This document shows, in pieces, positions 1 to 9,228 of a stretch of 39,063 nt of DNA (position 1 is its first letter; the number at the start of each line of letters is the position of its first letter). Origin of the DNA: an uncultured Acidimicrobiia bacterium (GTDB lineage Bacteria; Actinomycetota; Acidimicrobiia; Acidimicrobiales; SZUA-35). Location: contig CALACD010000176.1 in NCBI GenBank assembly GCA_937890445.1, positions 1-39,063 of the forward strand, given 5' to 3'. A model generated the notes under the pieces. It was not told the DNA's origin, searched no databases, and saw nothing but the letters and a program-made list of their open reading frames with translations. Position numbers and translations under genes: made by a program.

Positions 1-255
1 CGAGCTGCCAGCTTTCGGGGGTGCGAACCATGCAGCATGGCGTCGAGCGGGTCGGCTGGAGTGTCGCCCAGAACACGGTTGGAAAACGTGGCCACCGCTC
101 CAGCTGTAGCACTGTCGAGCCGGTCAGGGGTGATCGATGAGCAACTATGCTCGCCTCGCCGTTTCGATCGCCCTGCATCCAGAAGTCGATCGGTCAACGA
201 ATCATCCGCGACACACCGGACCAGCGAACGCGGGTCCACCGTCGCCTCCAGCATC

Positions 256-1884
256 ATGAAACCCTCGCTCCTCTCCGATCTCCTGCCACGAGCAGCCACG
301 CTGCCCGAGGGTTCCGGAGGCGTCGTTGGCCTCGACGGGATACACCACGGTTGGGGCGAGATCGAGGAGCTGTCCCGACGACTCGCCGGCACACTCCTCG
401 ATCTCGGTGTGCGACCGGGGGATCGCGTGGCGCTGCTGCATCCCAAGTCGGTGGAGTCCTTCGTCGCCGTACATGGGGTACTGCGGGCGGGGGCCGTCGT
501 CGTACCGCTCGATCCGCTCGGCTCGGCCGTACCGCTCGCTTCCATTGTGGAGCAGATCGAGCCGTCGATCGTCATCGGTGCCTCTGACACGCTGGCCCGC
601 CTCCTGGCCCCCGTCCTGGCCCGGATTGGCCATCGCGTCATCAGCACGGGCTCGCTCGATTCCCTCACGTCGGCCGGAGTGGGTATCGAGCGCATCTCGG
701 GGTGGGACGAAGCCGTCTCGGCATCGACCCGCGATCACGTGCTCCCCACGGTCGAACCCGCCGATTCGGCGTACGTGATCTTCACGTCCGGGTCGACCGG
801 AGAACCGAAGGGCATCGTGCACAGCCACGCCAGTGCAATGGCCTATGTCGACCGGGCGATCGACTTCCACCGGCTGACATCGCTCGACCGCTTGGCCGGC
901 ATACCGCCCCTGCACTTCGACATGTCGACCCTCGAGCTCTACGGAACACCATGGGTGGGGGCAACAGCGATCACCATCGGGGAGGCCGAGCAGCGATTCC
1001 CCGTCAACCTCGCCCGACGACTCGAGTCCGAGCGGGTGACGCACCTCTATGCCGTTCCGTTCCTGCTCCGCCAGCTGCAACAGCGTGGGGCCATCGAACA
1101 GCGCGATCTGACTGCGCTGAAGCACATCGGCTACGCCGGCGAACCGTTTGCACCGGGAGCCCTCGCCGAGCTGATGGCGGCGCTGCCCGAGGTCGAGGTC
1201 ACGAACCTCTACGGGCCAGCGGAGACCAACGTCGTCACCAGCCACGATCTTCCTGCAATCCCCGACGGGTTGGACGCGGTACCGATCGGGCGGCCATGGC
1301 CCGACGCCGAGGTCCGCATCGTCGATGACACGGGCGCCGACGTCGCAGCCGGAATCGAGGGAGAGCTCCTGGTCTCGGCCCCGACGTGCATGGTCGAGTA
1401 TTGGCGGCGACCCGAGCTCACCGCTGAACGCCTCCATCCGCACGAGCAACCGGGACGTCCACCCTGGTATGCGACCGGTGACATCGTACGGATCGACCCT
1501 GCTGGGGTGCTGCACTATCTGGGTCGACGCGATCACCAGGTGAAGATTCGAGGGGTGCGATTGGAACTCGAAGGGATCGAGGCCGTGCTGACCGACGCCC
1601 CGGGCATCGAGCACGCCGTCGTGGGGCCGGTCGTTGCTCCCGACGGTGACCGGGCACTGGCAGCGTGTCTGGTGATGCAGCCAGGTGTTGCGTTCGATCA
1701 GCGAGCGATGCGACGCTGGTGTGCTGGTCGACTGCCCGCCGTGGCGGTTCCCACAACCTTCAGTCTTCGCACCGATCTGCCGACGACTGCAAGTGGCAAG
1801 ATCGACCGAGCAGCGATCCGAGACGTGCTGGCCGTCGAGGCAGCCACCCTCGTGGACGCGAAGAACGAAGGCAACCGAATCTGA
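256..1884 (+). CDS. Stand-alone amino acid adenylation enzyme (PltF/RedM/CloN4-like or DltA-like ligase)
   Basis: A-domain motifs YVIFTSGSTGEPKG, LHFDMS, NLYGPAE, YATGD, GRRDHQVKIRGVRLEL, TASGKIDR; no C or T domain. Start placed at ATG 256 (MKPSLL); stop overlaps next ATG (TGATG). Confidence 0.88.
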   Translation: MKPSLLSDLLPRAATLPEGSGGVVGLDGIHHGWGEIEELSRRLAGTLLDLGVRPGDRVALLHPKSVESFVAVHGVLRAGAVVVPLDPLGSAVPLASIVEQIEPSIVIGASDTLARLLAPVLARIGHRVISTGSLDSLTSAGVGIERISGWDEAVSASTRDHVLPTVEPADSAYVIFTSGSTGEPKGIVHSHASAMAYVDRAIDFHRLTSLDRLAGIPPLHFDMSTLELYGTPWVGATAITIGEAEQRFPVNLARRLESERVTHLYAVPFLLRQLQQRGAIEQRDLTALKHIGYAGEPFAPGALAELMAALPEVEVTNLYGPAETNVVTSHDLPAIPDGLDAVPIGRPWPDAEVRIVDDTGADVAAGIEGELLVSAPTCMVEYWRRPELTAERLHPHEQPGRPPWYATGDIVRIDPAGVLHYLGRRDHQVKIRGVRLELEGIEAVLTDAPGIEHAVVGPVVAPDGDRALAACLVMQPGVAFDQRAMRRWCAGRLPAVAVPTTFSLRTDLPTTASGKIDRAAIRDVLAVEAATLVDAKNEGNRI

Positions 1885-2132
1885 TGGAACTACACGCCGA
1901 TCTCCTGGAGATGATCGCCACCGAGGTGTCCCTCGATCCGTCGGCAGAGATCGTCGGCTCGACCGATCTGTTGCTCACGGGTCTGGTCGATTCGCTGGGA
2001 ATCATCGACGTCGTCGCCTGGCTCGAGGATCGGCTCGACCTGACCATCGAACCGAGCGACATCGTGCTCGAACACTTCCAGACGGTTGATCTGATGACCG
2101 AGTTCATCGGACGCCTCACCGCTGGCGCCTGA
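1884..2132 (+). CDS. Discrete acyl/peptidyl carrier protein
   Basis: 82 aa acidic protein MELHADLL... with GLVDSLG phosphopantetheine motif and C-terminal FQTVD; translationally coupled to the adenylation gene. Confidence 0.9.
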   Translation: MELHADLLEMIATEVSLDPSAEIVGSTDLLLTGLVDSLGIIDVVAWLEDRLDLTIEPSDIVLEHFQTVDLMTEFIGRLTAGA

Positions 2133-2149
2133 GCGCCGTGCTCGGCCGA

Positions 2150-3880
2150 TCAGTCCACGGCTCCAGCCTCCGAAGGGCTGAGCCTGCCGTTGTCGAGCCG
2201 TAGCAGTCGATCACAGGAGCGAAGCGCGGCCTCGCGGTGGGAGACGACGACGACGGCGCAGTCGGGACCGAGCGCGTCGATGGTCTGGTTGACGACCTCT
2301 TCCGCTGCCCGATCGAGCGCACTGGTCGGCTCGTCCATGATCAGCAGCGTTGGTTTCCCGGCCAGCGCTCGTGCAATGCAGACACGCTGACGCTGTCCCC
2401 CGGAAAGCGCGCGGGCACCACGCTCACCGATCTCGGTGTCGTACCCGTGAGGCCAACGGACGATGTCGTCGTGGATACCGGCCGCCCGGGCCGCAGCCTC
2501 GATGTCGGCATCGCTGACCTGACTGCGAAAGAATCGGATGTTGTCGCGCACCGATGCGGTCAGGACCAGAGGTTCCTGGGGCACCGCCGCCACCTGCTCA
2601 CTGAACGATCGGGCCGAGAACTGTGATGCCGGACGGCCATTCATCAATGCGGTGCCGTGTCGTGGTTCCCGGAGGCCGAGCAGAATCATGAGAAGGGTCG
2701 ACTTCCCCGAGCCGGAAGGGCCCAGCAGACCGACCTTCTCGCCCTGCGCCAGACGAAGGTCGATGTCCTGGAGAATCGGGAGGGTGTCGTCGTCGAAGCC
2801 GAAGCCCACGCCCCGGAGTTCGACCGAGACGATGGCGTCGAGCCGTTCGTGGCCGGCGGTCGGCACATCCGTTCGATACTGTCGCAGTCGTTGGTCGATC
2901 TCTTCGACGAACGGGACGTTCTCGGCCGCGCTCTGCGTGTAGCTGTTCACCAGCTGGCTGGCCAGGAGAGCTCGAATGAGCAGGAGCACGACGGTGCCGG
3001 CCGAGGCCACGCTGCCAACCTCCGAAGCGGTCAACAGACCCAACCCGAGCAACAGGAATCCGAGCACCATGGTGCGATAGAAGCTTGGTGTGAAGAGGGA
3101 GGCCATCTTGGCCACGTAGATCTGGCGAGCGACCTGTCGTGCCCGATCGTCGAGGCGACGGGTCACCGTCTCACCGGCGTCGAAGAGCCGGACCTCTCGA
3201 TATGCGGCCGCCGCTTCGGCCGCGTCCGCTGCGTAGCGCAGACTGGACTCGTTCTGCAGGCGCCCGAATCGCCCCGCCAGCCGTTGTAGCGGAATCGTGA
3301 TCACCACCAGGATCCCGACCACGCCGACCACGACGACGAAGGCGATCGGGTCGACGAAGGCGGCAGCCATCGCCAACACGATGAACATGGCGCCTGCCGA
3401 GATGGCACCTGCCAGGAAATAGACGAGGAAGCCGGTCCGATTCACATGGGACATCAGGACGTCCATCAACTCGCCCGACCGTTCCGCCTGCTGACGAGAG
3501 AGCGAGGACGACAGATAGCCCCGCATCAACGCGTCCCGCAGACGGCTCAGGGGTTCGGTGCCGATCCGAGCCACGAGGTGCGCCTCCAGTGCCCGCAGCA
3601 CGATCGAGAGGGCCAGCAGGGCCAACCCCGTTCCCACCAGCGTCCATCGGCCCATCGACCCGAGGAGCACGACATCGAAGGTGTCCTCGGTCTGGCCTCC
3701 GGCCAGCGATGACGCCAGGGGAGTGATGAAGGCCAGCACCATGGCTTCGAGAAGACCGACGACGATGCCGATGACGGCCAGGCCGGCAAAGATCTGCCGG
3801 TGGTTCGACGGCAAGAACGGCCTCAGCAGCCGCAGGCTTCGAACCAGAGGCGATGAAGCAACGAGTGACGGAGCTCTCAC
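2150..3880 (-). CDS. ABC exporter, fused TMD+NBD
   Basis: Hydrophobic N-terminal helices; Walker A GPSGSGKST, signature LSGGQRQR, Walker B LLIMDEPT. GTG at 3880 overlaps the PPTase stop (GTGA). Confidence 0.88.
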   Translation of the reverse strand: MRAPSLVASSPLVRSLRLLRPFLPSNHRQIFAGLAVIGIVVGLLEAMVLAFITPLASSLAGGQTEDTFDVVLLGSMGRWTLVGTGLALLALSIVLRALEAHLVARIGTEPLSRLRDALMRGYLSSSLSRQQAERSGELMDVLMSHVNRTGFLVYFLAGAISAGAMFIVLAMAAAFVDPIAFVVVVGVVGILVVITIPLQRLAGRFGRLQNESSLRYAADAAEAAAAYREVRLFDAGETVTRRLDDRARQVARQIYVAKMASLFTPSFYRTMVLGFLLLGLGLLTASEVGSVASAGTVVLLLIRALLASQLVNSYTQSAAENVPFVEEIDQRLRQYRTDVPTAGHERLDAIVSVELRGVGFGFDDDTLPILQDIDLRLAQGEKVGLLGPSGSGKSTLLMILLGLREPRHGTALMNGRPASQFSARSFSEQVAAVPQEPLVLTASVRDNIRFFRSQVSDADIEAAARAAGIHDDIVRWPHGYDTEIGERGARALSGGQRQRVCIARALAGKPTLLIMDEPTSALDRAAEEVVNQTIDALGPDCAVVVVSHREAALRSCDRLLRLDNGRLSPSEAGAVD

Positions 3881-4569
3881 GCCGGCTCGACCACCACAGC
3901 GGTGATGACGACCCCGGGTCGGACATCGACGCCGACGGCAACCGGCCATCGAACCAGATCGAGGGCCGCCAACTCGGTGGCTCGGTGGGCTCGACCGGCG
4001 CAGCCACCGGCGGCCGGCATCGGCAGTTCGATCTCGACGTCGGTGAAGCTGACCCAGGCCTCCGAACGCGGGTACTGGGCCTTGTAGAAGGCCTCCTTTG
4101 CGCTGAACATGATGGTGGCGGCCAGGGCGCGATCGGTCGGCGCTCGATCCTCCAGGGCGCTGAGCTCGGATGCCGTGAACAGTTTTGCGAAGAGTTCGGG
4201 GCGGACGCGACCGTGCTGTTCGGTGTCGACACCGATGCCGCGCCCCGCCAGTTCGGATGTCCGTGCGCTGATTGCCACACAGAACCCATCGGTATGTGAG
4301 ATCGAACCTTCAGCTCCCGCCGGCCACAACGGGCGACGGTCGTGGCCGGAAAGCAACGGTCGGGCGTCGAATCCGAGGTCGGCCAAACCGGCTCGAGCGC
4401 AGCTCCGACCGGCCGCGTACTGGAGCTTGCGGCCGTCGACGAACGTCTCCGTCGCCGCTCGTTCGGCCGGCAGGAGCATCGACAGGTCGCCTGGTCCGGC
4501 CAGCTCGTAGGCAACGACACCCAGTTCGCCGAACAGCCTGGCCACGCGAACCGATTCGGATGGAGGCAC
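3877..4569 (-). CDS. 4'-phosphopantetheinyl transferase (EntD/Sfp-type)
   Basis: Motifs AGRSCARAGL, PLWPAGAEGSISHT, GIGVDTE, FSAKEAFYKA. Confidence 0.92.
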   Translation of the reverse strand: MPPSESVRVARLFGELGVVAYELAGPGDLSMLLPAERAATETFVDGRKLQYAAGRSCARAGLADLGFDARPLLSGHDRRPLWPAGAEGSISHTDGFCVAISARTSELAGRGIGVDTEQHGRVRPELFAKLFTASELSALEDRAPTDRALAATIMFSAKEAFYKAQYPRSEAWVSFTDVEIELPMPAAGGCAGRAHRATELAALDLVRWPVAVGVDVRPGVVITAVVVEPA

Positions 4570-4587
4570 TTTGGTACGTTAGGCGAA
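4570..4587. promoter_or_regulatory. Putative bidirectional promoter with overlapping -10 elements for two leaderless genes
   Basis: 18-nt gap between divergent GTG starts (4569 minus, 4588 plus). TACGTT at 4575-4580 on plus and TAACGT at 4581-4576 on minus both match TANNNT, 7 and 6 nt from the respective starts. Confidence 0.5.
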
Positions 4588-7500
4588 GTGAAGAACGTGG
4601 CGGACATCTATCCCCTGGGGCCGACCCAGGACGGAATTCTGTACCACGCACTGAGCGACCCCGACCCCGAACTGTATTTCGAACAGGTTCGTTGTGAACT
4701 GCGCGGTCGGTTCGACATGGCTCGTTTCCAGGCAGCATGGGACTCGGTCGTCGAACAGCACCCGGCGCTGCGGACTGCGTTCGTGTGGCAGGGGGTCAAG
4801 GCCCCGGTGCAGGTGGTGAGGGAGACCGTCGTGCTCCCCTGGGACGAGTTCGACTGGTCGGATCGGCCGGTTGCCGACATCGCTCCTGCCCTCGATCGGC
4901 TGGCGCAGCAGAATCGGGCGCGGGGCTTCGACCTGCAACGGGCCCCGGTCAGCCGATTCACCATCGTTCGTCTGGACGACGAGCGCACCCATTTCATCTG
5001 GGACTTCCATCACATCCTGCTCGACGGGTGGTCGGCCACGATGGTGTTCGACCAAGCGATCTTCCGCTACAACCAGTCCGTCACCGCCGGGACCGACGTC
5101 GGGGCCGCGGGGCCGACGACGTCCGGTCGGCCTGTTCGGAGCTACATCGAGTGGCTGCAAGCCCAGGATGGCGACGCGGCCCGACGCTACTGGACCGGCC
5201 TGTTGGCCGACCACGAGGGCCCACCAGAGCTCGCGATGGCCGTGATCGACCCCGAATCGGCGACGCTTCCCGACGACTCCACCAGTTCGACTTCTGGTCG
5301 GCTCGAACTCTCGATGGGGGTGGCAAGGCTGGATGCCCTGGCTGCCTTCGCACGAGCCAACAGGCTGACGGTCAACACCCTGGCCCAGGCGGCGTGGGCG
5401 GTTGCGCTGAGCCGCTACGCAGATGTCGATGACGTCACGTTCGGCGTCGTCACCTCGGGCCGTCCGGCCGAACTCGATGGCGTCGAAGAGATGGTGGGGA
5501 TGTTCCTCTCGGCCCTGCCACTCCGCGTCGACCTCGGGAGGGCTGCGATCGACGACGACTGGCTCCACAGGATTCAGGACCAGCAACTCGACGCGGTTCG
5601 TCACGGCCATGCCTCGCTCGCCGACATCCGGCGATGGGCGGGCGTGCCGGCCCGGCAGGAACTGTTCGACTCACTCCTCGTCTTCGAGAACTTCCCCACC
5701 AGTCCTGGCAGTGACTCGGCCCCGCTCGTGGTGGTCGACAAGCAGGTCTTCGAGCAGACGCACTACGGCCTCACGGTCATGCTTCGTCCCGAGGGCCAGC
5801 TCCACATCTCGACGCTCTATGACCGTCGTCGCTTTCGGGAAGCGGACGTTCGTTCGTTGCTGGACTTCTTCGTCGTCGTTCTCGAACGCATCGGCGAACA
5901 CGGGTCGGTCACGCCCGCCGTGCTCGGCCGAATGCGTCCCGACGAGCAGCACACGATCGAGCAGTGGAATCAGACGACCCGACCCTTCTCGTCGGATGTG
6001 ACCATGCCGGTTCTCCTCCAGCAACGGACCCAGGAGGACCCCGACGCCATCGCCCTGATCGAACACGACACGACGCCGAGCACGATACGGCGGACGCTGC
6101 GTCGAGGCGAGCTGGACCGGCAGGCCGAGCGGCTGAGCGCCCAGCTCGTCGCGCTCGGTGTCGGCCCGGGCGACGCGGTTGGCGTCGCGATGGAGCGCTC
6201 CCTCGAGCTGATCGTCGCCCTCCTCGGGGTCTGGAAGGCTGGTGCTGCCTATGTCCCACTCGACCTCGAGTATCCGAGCGACCGGTTGGCGGCGATGATC
6301 GACGGGGCAGGGATCACGGTGGCACTGACGAAGGGTGCCGAGCCGAAACTGTCGTTCGTCGACAAGGTGATCGACGTCGAATCCGACCCCGGTCCGGTGG
6401 AACACCCGACCGACGTCGCCCGGGCCCTCGATCCACGTGCCGCAGCCTGCATCATCTTCACGTCGGGTTCGACAGGTGTGCCCAAGCCCGTCGAACTGCA
6501 CCATCGAGGCATCGTCAACCGCTGTCAATGGCAGCTCGACACCTATCCGCCGGGTCAGAACGAGTGCTTCGTGGCGAAGACGACGCTCAACTTCGTCGAT
6601 CACATCTGGGAGATCTGGGGTCCACTGCTCGCCGGCTCGCCCGTCGTGCTGGTATCCGACGATGTCGTTCGAGATCCGCGAGCCCTGGTCGGGGCGCTGG
6701 CCGAACATGCCATCGAACGACTGACGTTGGTGCCGTCATTGCTCGACGTCATCCTCGACTCGCAGATCGATCTTGCCGGTCGACTCCCATCGCTGACGTC
6801 GGTGACCGTCTCCGGCGAGGCCTTGTCGCGCACCCTGGCGGCACGCTTCGCCGAGGCGCTGCCTCGAGCCACGCTGCTCAACTTCTACGGCATGTCGGAA
6901 GGAACAGCCGACGCGACCTGGTTCGACACCAGCTGGGCGGTCCACGATGGCGGCCGGGGCGAAGGTGTCGCGATCGGGCGGCCCATCGCCAACATGACGG
7001 CCCACGTGCTCGACCGCAATGGCGAGCCCTCGCCGATCGGTGTTGCCGGCGAGTTATACGTCGGCGGTGTCGGCCTGGCCAACGGGTATCGCGGGCTGAC
7101 CGAGCTCACCGATGAGAAGTTCCTGGACATCGAGGGGGTCGGACGGTTGTATCGAACCGGCGACCGAGTCCGGTGGCTGCGGAACGGGATGCTGGCCTAC
7201 ATCGGTCGAGTCGATCGTCAGCTCAAGATCCGGGGTGTCCGTGTCGAGCCGGCCGAAGTCGAAGCCCTGCTCCGACGGCACGAGTCGATCAAGGACGTCG
7301 CGGTCTCCGGTCTCGGTCCGGCCGATTCCCGGCGTCTGGTGGCACATGTGGTGCTCCAGCCCGATGCCGAGGGATCGCCGGCGCGGACCGCCGACAGTGA
7401 ACTCCTCCTCTGGGCCCGACAACATCTGCCCGCCCATCTCGTGCCGTCACAGCTGATCGTCGTCGCTGCGTTCCCGACCCTGCCGACCGGCAAGATCGAC

Positions 7501-9228
7501 CGGACCGCGGTCTCCGGTATCGAACCGGCCCGTGGGGTCCCGGCCACCGCCCCTGGCGACGATGGGCCCCGGACCGACGTGCAGCGCCGAATGGTGGGGC
7601 TGTGGCAGGCCGCGCTGGGAATCAGCGATCCGATCACACTCGATGCCGACTTCTTCGACATCGGCGGTGATTCGCTGCTGGCAGTTCGCCTGTTCAGTGC
7701 CATCGATCGTGAGTTCGGTCGGGACTTGCCGCTTGCCGCATTGTTCGAGGCCCCGAATCCACGAGCCATGATCGAACGATTGGATCTCGAGCCGACCGGT
7801 CCTGCGTCGACCGGTCCTGCGTCGATCGAGACCCGCCAGCAACCGCTTCTCTTCATGGTCACCGATGACGCAGCGAGCCTCGACGCGTTGATCCATCGAC
7901 TCGGCACGAACCTTCGGCTACTGCCGATCGAACTCGATGCCACTGCCGACTCGACCGACGACGCGGTTGCCTTCATCCAGTCCCGACAACCCGACGGCTC
8001 GCTCCTCATCGCCGGTCACGGGTCGGCGGCGGGCCCCGCCCTGACGTTGTGTCAGCGGCTCCTCGAGATGGACCGCCGGGTCGAAACAGTCGCTGTCATC
8101 GACGCGGTCTTCCCGTCGACGAGCGAGATCGAAGTGGCGAACACGCTGGCCGGGTCGGGCCTCGGCGTTCCCAAGTTGTTCTTCTTCCAACCATCCGAGG
8201 CCGAGGGTCGTGTGCCCCTTCTCGGTGACGGAGCACTCCGGGACATGCTCGACGACCGAGCAGGGTGGGCCGGGTGGGCCGACGAGGTCGACACGCTGCT
8301 GGTTCCGGGGGATCGAGGCTCGTTCCTGGCCGAACCGAACGTCAGCTGGCTGGCCCACCTCATGAGTGAGCGCCTCGATGGCCGAGCGGGGGTCTGGAAG
8401 CATCTGGTGCCCATCGCTGTGGGTGAGCGTCCGAAGCGGCACCTCTTCGCCGTGCACGGTGAATTCGGCAACGTCGTCGGCTACCGGGACCTTGCCGTGG
8501 CCCTCGGCGAGGACTGGGCCGTCGTCGGGGTGCAGGCCAGCGGCGTCCACGGGACACAGCCCCTGCACACCTCGATCGAGGAAATGGCTGCGGCCTATCT
8601 CGACGAAGTCATCAGATGGCAACCGGCAGGTCCCTACGTGATCGGCGGCTACTCCTCGGGCGGAACGGTGGCCCTGGAATTGGCCCGCCAACTGCAGCGA
8701 GCAGGGCGTGAGGTCGAATGCGTCCTGTGGTTCGACCACTATCGAGTCGAGGGGTCCCGGGTCGAACCCACCGTGGCTCGGGCGCTCCGCCGGGGTACGA
8801 CTCGGCTCAAGTCCTTGTTGACCGACCGGCAGGCGTTCGATGCCGGCATGAGGCGACGAGCGCTCCAGCGCAAGGCCGCCACCATCGAACGCACACCGGA
8901 ATGGTGGTGGGCGATCACCGAGGCCGCAGATGATCGAGCCGAGGCCGAGGACCTTCGGGCCATGTTGTTGGCCGAGAACATGCGCCAGGCCCGATCGCGC
9001 TACGAGCACACGGGTTACGACGGTCGGATCATCCTCTACCAGGCCGAACAGGTCGATGCCGGTCGCGATCCCGACAGGGGTTGGACCGATGGTGATCTCG
9101 ATCTGGAGCGGGTCGAGGTACCGGGAGATCACACCACCCTGCTGCTCGAACCTCACGTCGGGCGTCTGGCCGACGATCTGCGGGCTCGTTTCGAGGTGAC
9201 CGGTTCAGCCGTCCAGTCCGTCGAGTAG
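4588..9228 (+). CDS. NRPS termination module C-A-T-TE(degenerate)-TE
   Basis: C: DIYPLGPTQDGILYH, HHILLDGWS. A: FTSGSTGVPK, NFVDH, YRTGD, LPTGKIDR. T: FFDIGGDSL. Degenerate TE: GHGSAAG...GDR. Intact TE: GGYSSGG...PGDH. Start placed at GTG 4588 because the upstream extension overlaps the PPTase. Confidence 0.92.
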   Translation: MKNVADIYPLGPTQDGILYHALSDPDPELYFEQVRCELRGRFDMARFQAAWDSVVEQHPALRTAFVWQGVKAPVQVVRETVVLPWDEFDWSDRPVADIAPALDRLAQQNRARGFDLQRAPVSRFTIVRLDDERTHFIWDFHHILLDGWSATMVFDQAIFRYNQSVTAGTDVGAAGPTTSGRPVRSYIEWLQAQDGDAARRYWTGLLADHEGPPELAMAVIDPESATLPDDSTSSTSGRLELSMGVARLDALAAFARANRLTVNTLAQAAWAVALSRYADVDDVTFGVVTSGRPAELDGVEEMVGMFLSALPLRVDLGRAAIDDDWLHRIQDQQLDAVRHGHASLADIRRWAGVPARQELFDSLLVFENFPTSPGSDSAPLVVVDKQVFEQTHYGLTVMLRPEGQLHISTLYDRRRFREADVRSLLDFFVVVLERIGEHGSVTPAVLGRMRPDEQHTIEQWNQTTRPFSSDVTMPVLLQQRTQEDPDAIALIEHDTTPSTIRRTLRRGELDRQAERLSAQLVALGVGPGDAVGVAMERSLELIVALLGVWKAGAAYVPLDLEYPSDRLAAMIDGAGITVALTKGAEPKLSFVDKVIDVESDPGPVEHPTDVARALDPRAAACIIFTSGSTGVPKPVELHHRGIVNRCQWQLDTYPPGQNECFVAKTTLNFVDHIWEIWGPLLAGSPVVLVSDDVVRDPRALVGALAEHAIERLTLVPSLLDVILDSQIDLAGRLPSLTSVTVSGEALSRTLAARFAEALPRATLLNFYGMSEGTADATWFDTSWAVHDGGRGEGVAIGRPIANMTAHVLDRNGEPSPIGVAGELYVGGVGLANGYRGLTELTDEKFLDIEGVGRLYRTGDRVRWLRNGMLAYIGRVDRQLKIRGVRVEPAEVEALLRRHESIKDVAVSGLGPADSRRLVAHVVLQPDAEGSPARTADSELLLWARQHLPAHLVPSQLIVVAAFPTLPTGKIDRTAVSGIEPARGVPATAPGDDGPRTDVQRRMVGLWQAALGISDPITLDADFFDIGGDSLLAVRLFSAIDREFGRDLPLAALFEAPNPRAMIERLDLEPTGPASTGPASIETRQQPLLFMVTDDAASLDALIHRLGTNLRLLPIELDATADSTDDAVAFIQSRQPDGSLLIAGHGSAAGPALTLCQRLLEMDRRVETVAVIDAVFPSTSEIEVANTLAGSGLGVPKLFFFQPSEAEGRVPLLGDGALRDMLDDRAGWAGWADEVDTLLVPGDRGSFLAEPNVSWLAHLMSERLDGRAGVWKHLVPIAVGERPKRHLFAVHGEFGNVVGYRDLAVALGEDWAVVGVQASGVHGTQPLHTSIEEMAAAYLDEVIRWQPAGPYVIGGYSSGGTVALELARQLQRAGREVECVLWFDHYRVEGSRVEPTVARALRRGTTRLKSLLTDRQAFDAGMRRRALQRKAATIERTPEWWWAITEAADDRAEAEDLRAMLLAENMRQARSRYEHTGYDGRIILYQAEQVDAGRDPDRGWTDGDLDLERVEVPGDHTTLLLEPHVGRLADDLRARFEVTGSAVQSVE
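7793..7825 (+). repeat. 15-bp tandem duplication (TGPAS x2) in the T-TE linker
   Basis: cgaccggtcctgcgt repeated twice, in frame. Confidence 0.7.

Noticed and set aside
1-95. Possible start of a divergent minus-strand gene (VATFSNRVLGDTPADPLDAMLHG...)
   Set aside because: Only ~30 codons visible with no recognisable motif.
37-255. N-terminal extension of the 615 aa ORF
   Set aside because: Ser/Arg-rich and not A-domain-like; recognisable sequence begins at ATG 256.
4342-4587. N-terminal extension of the 1628 aa NRPS ORF
   Set aside because: Antisense to the PPTase coding region; the C domain begins right after GTG 4588.
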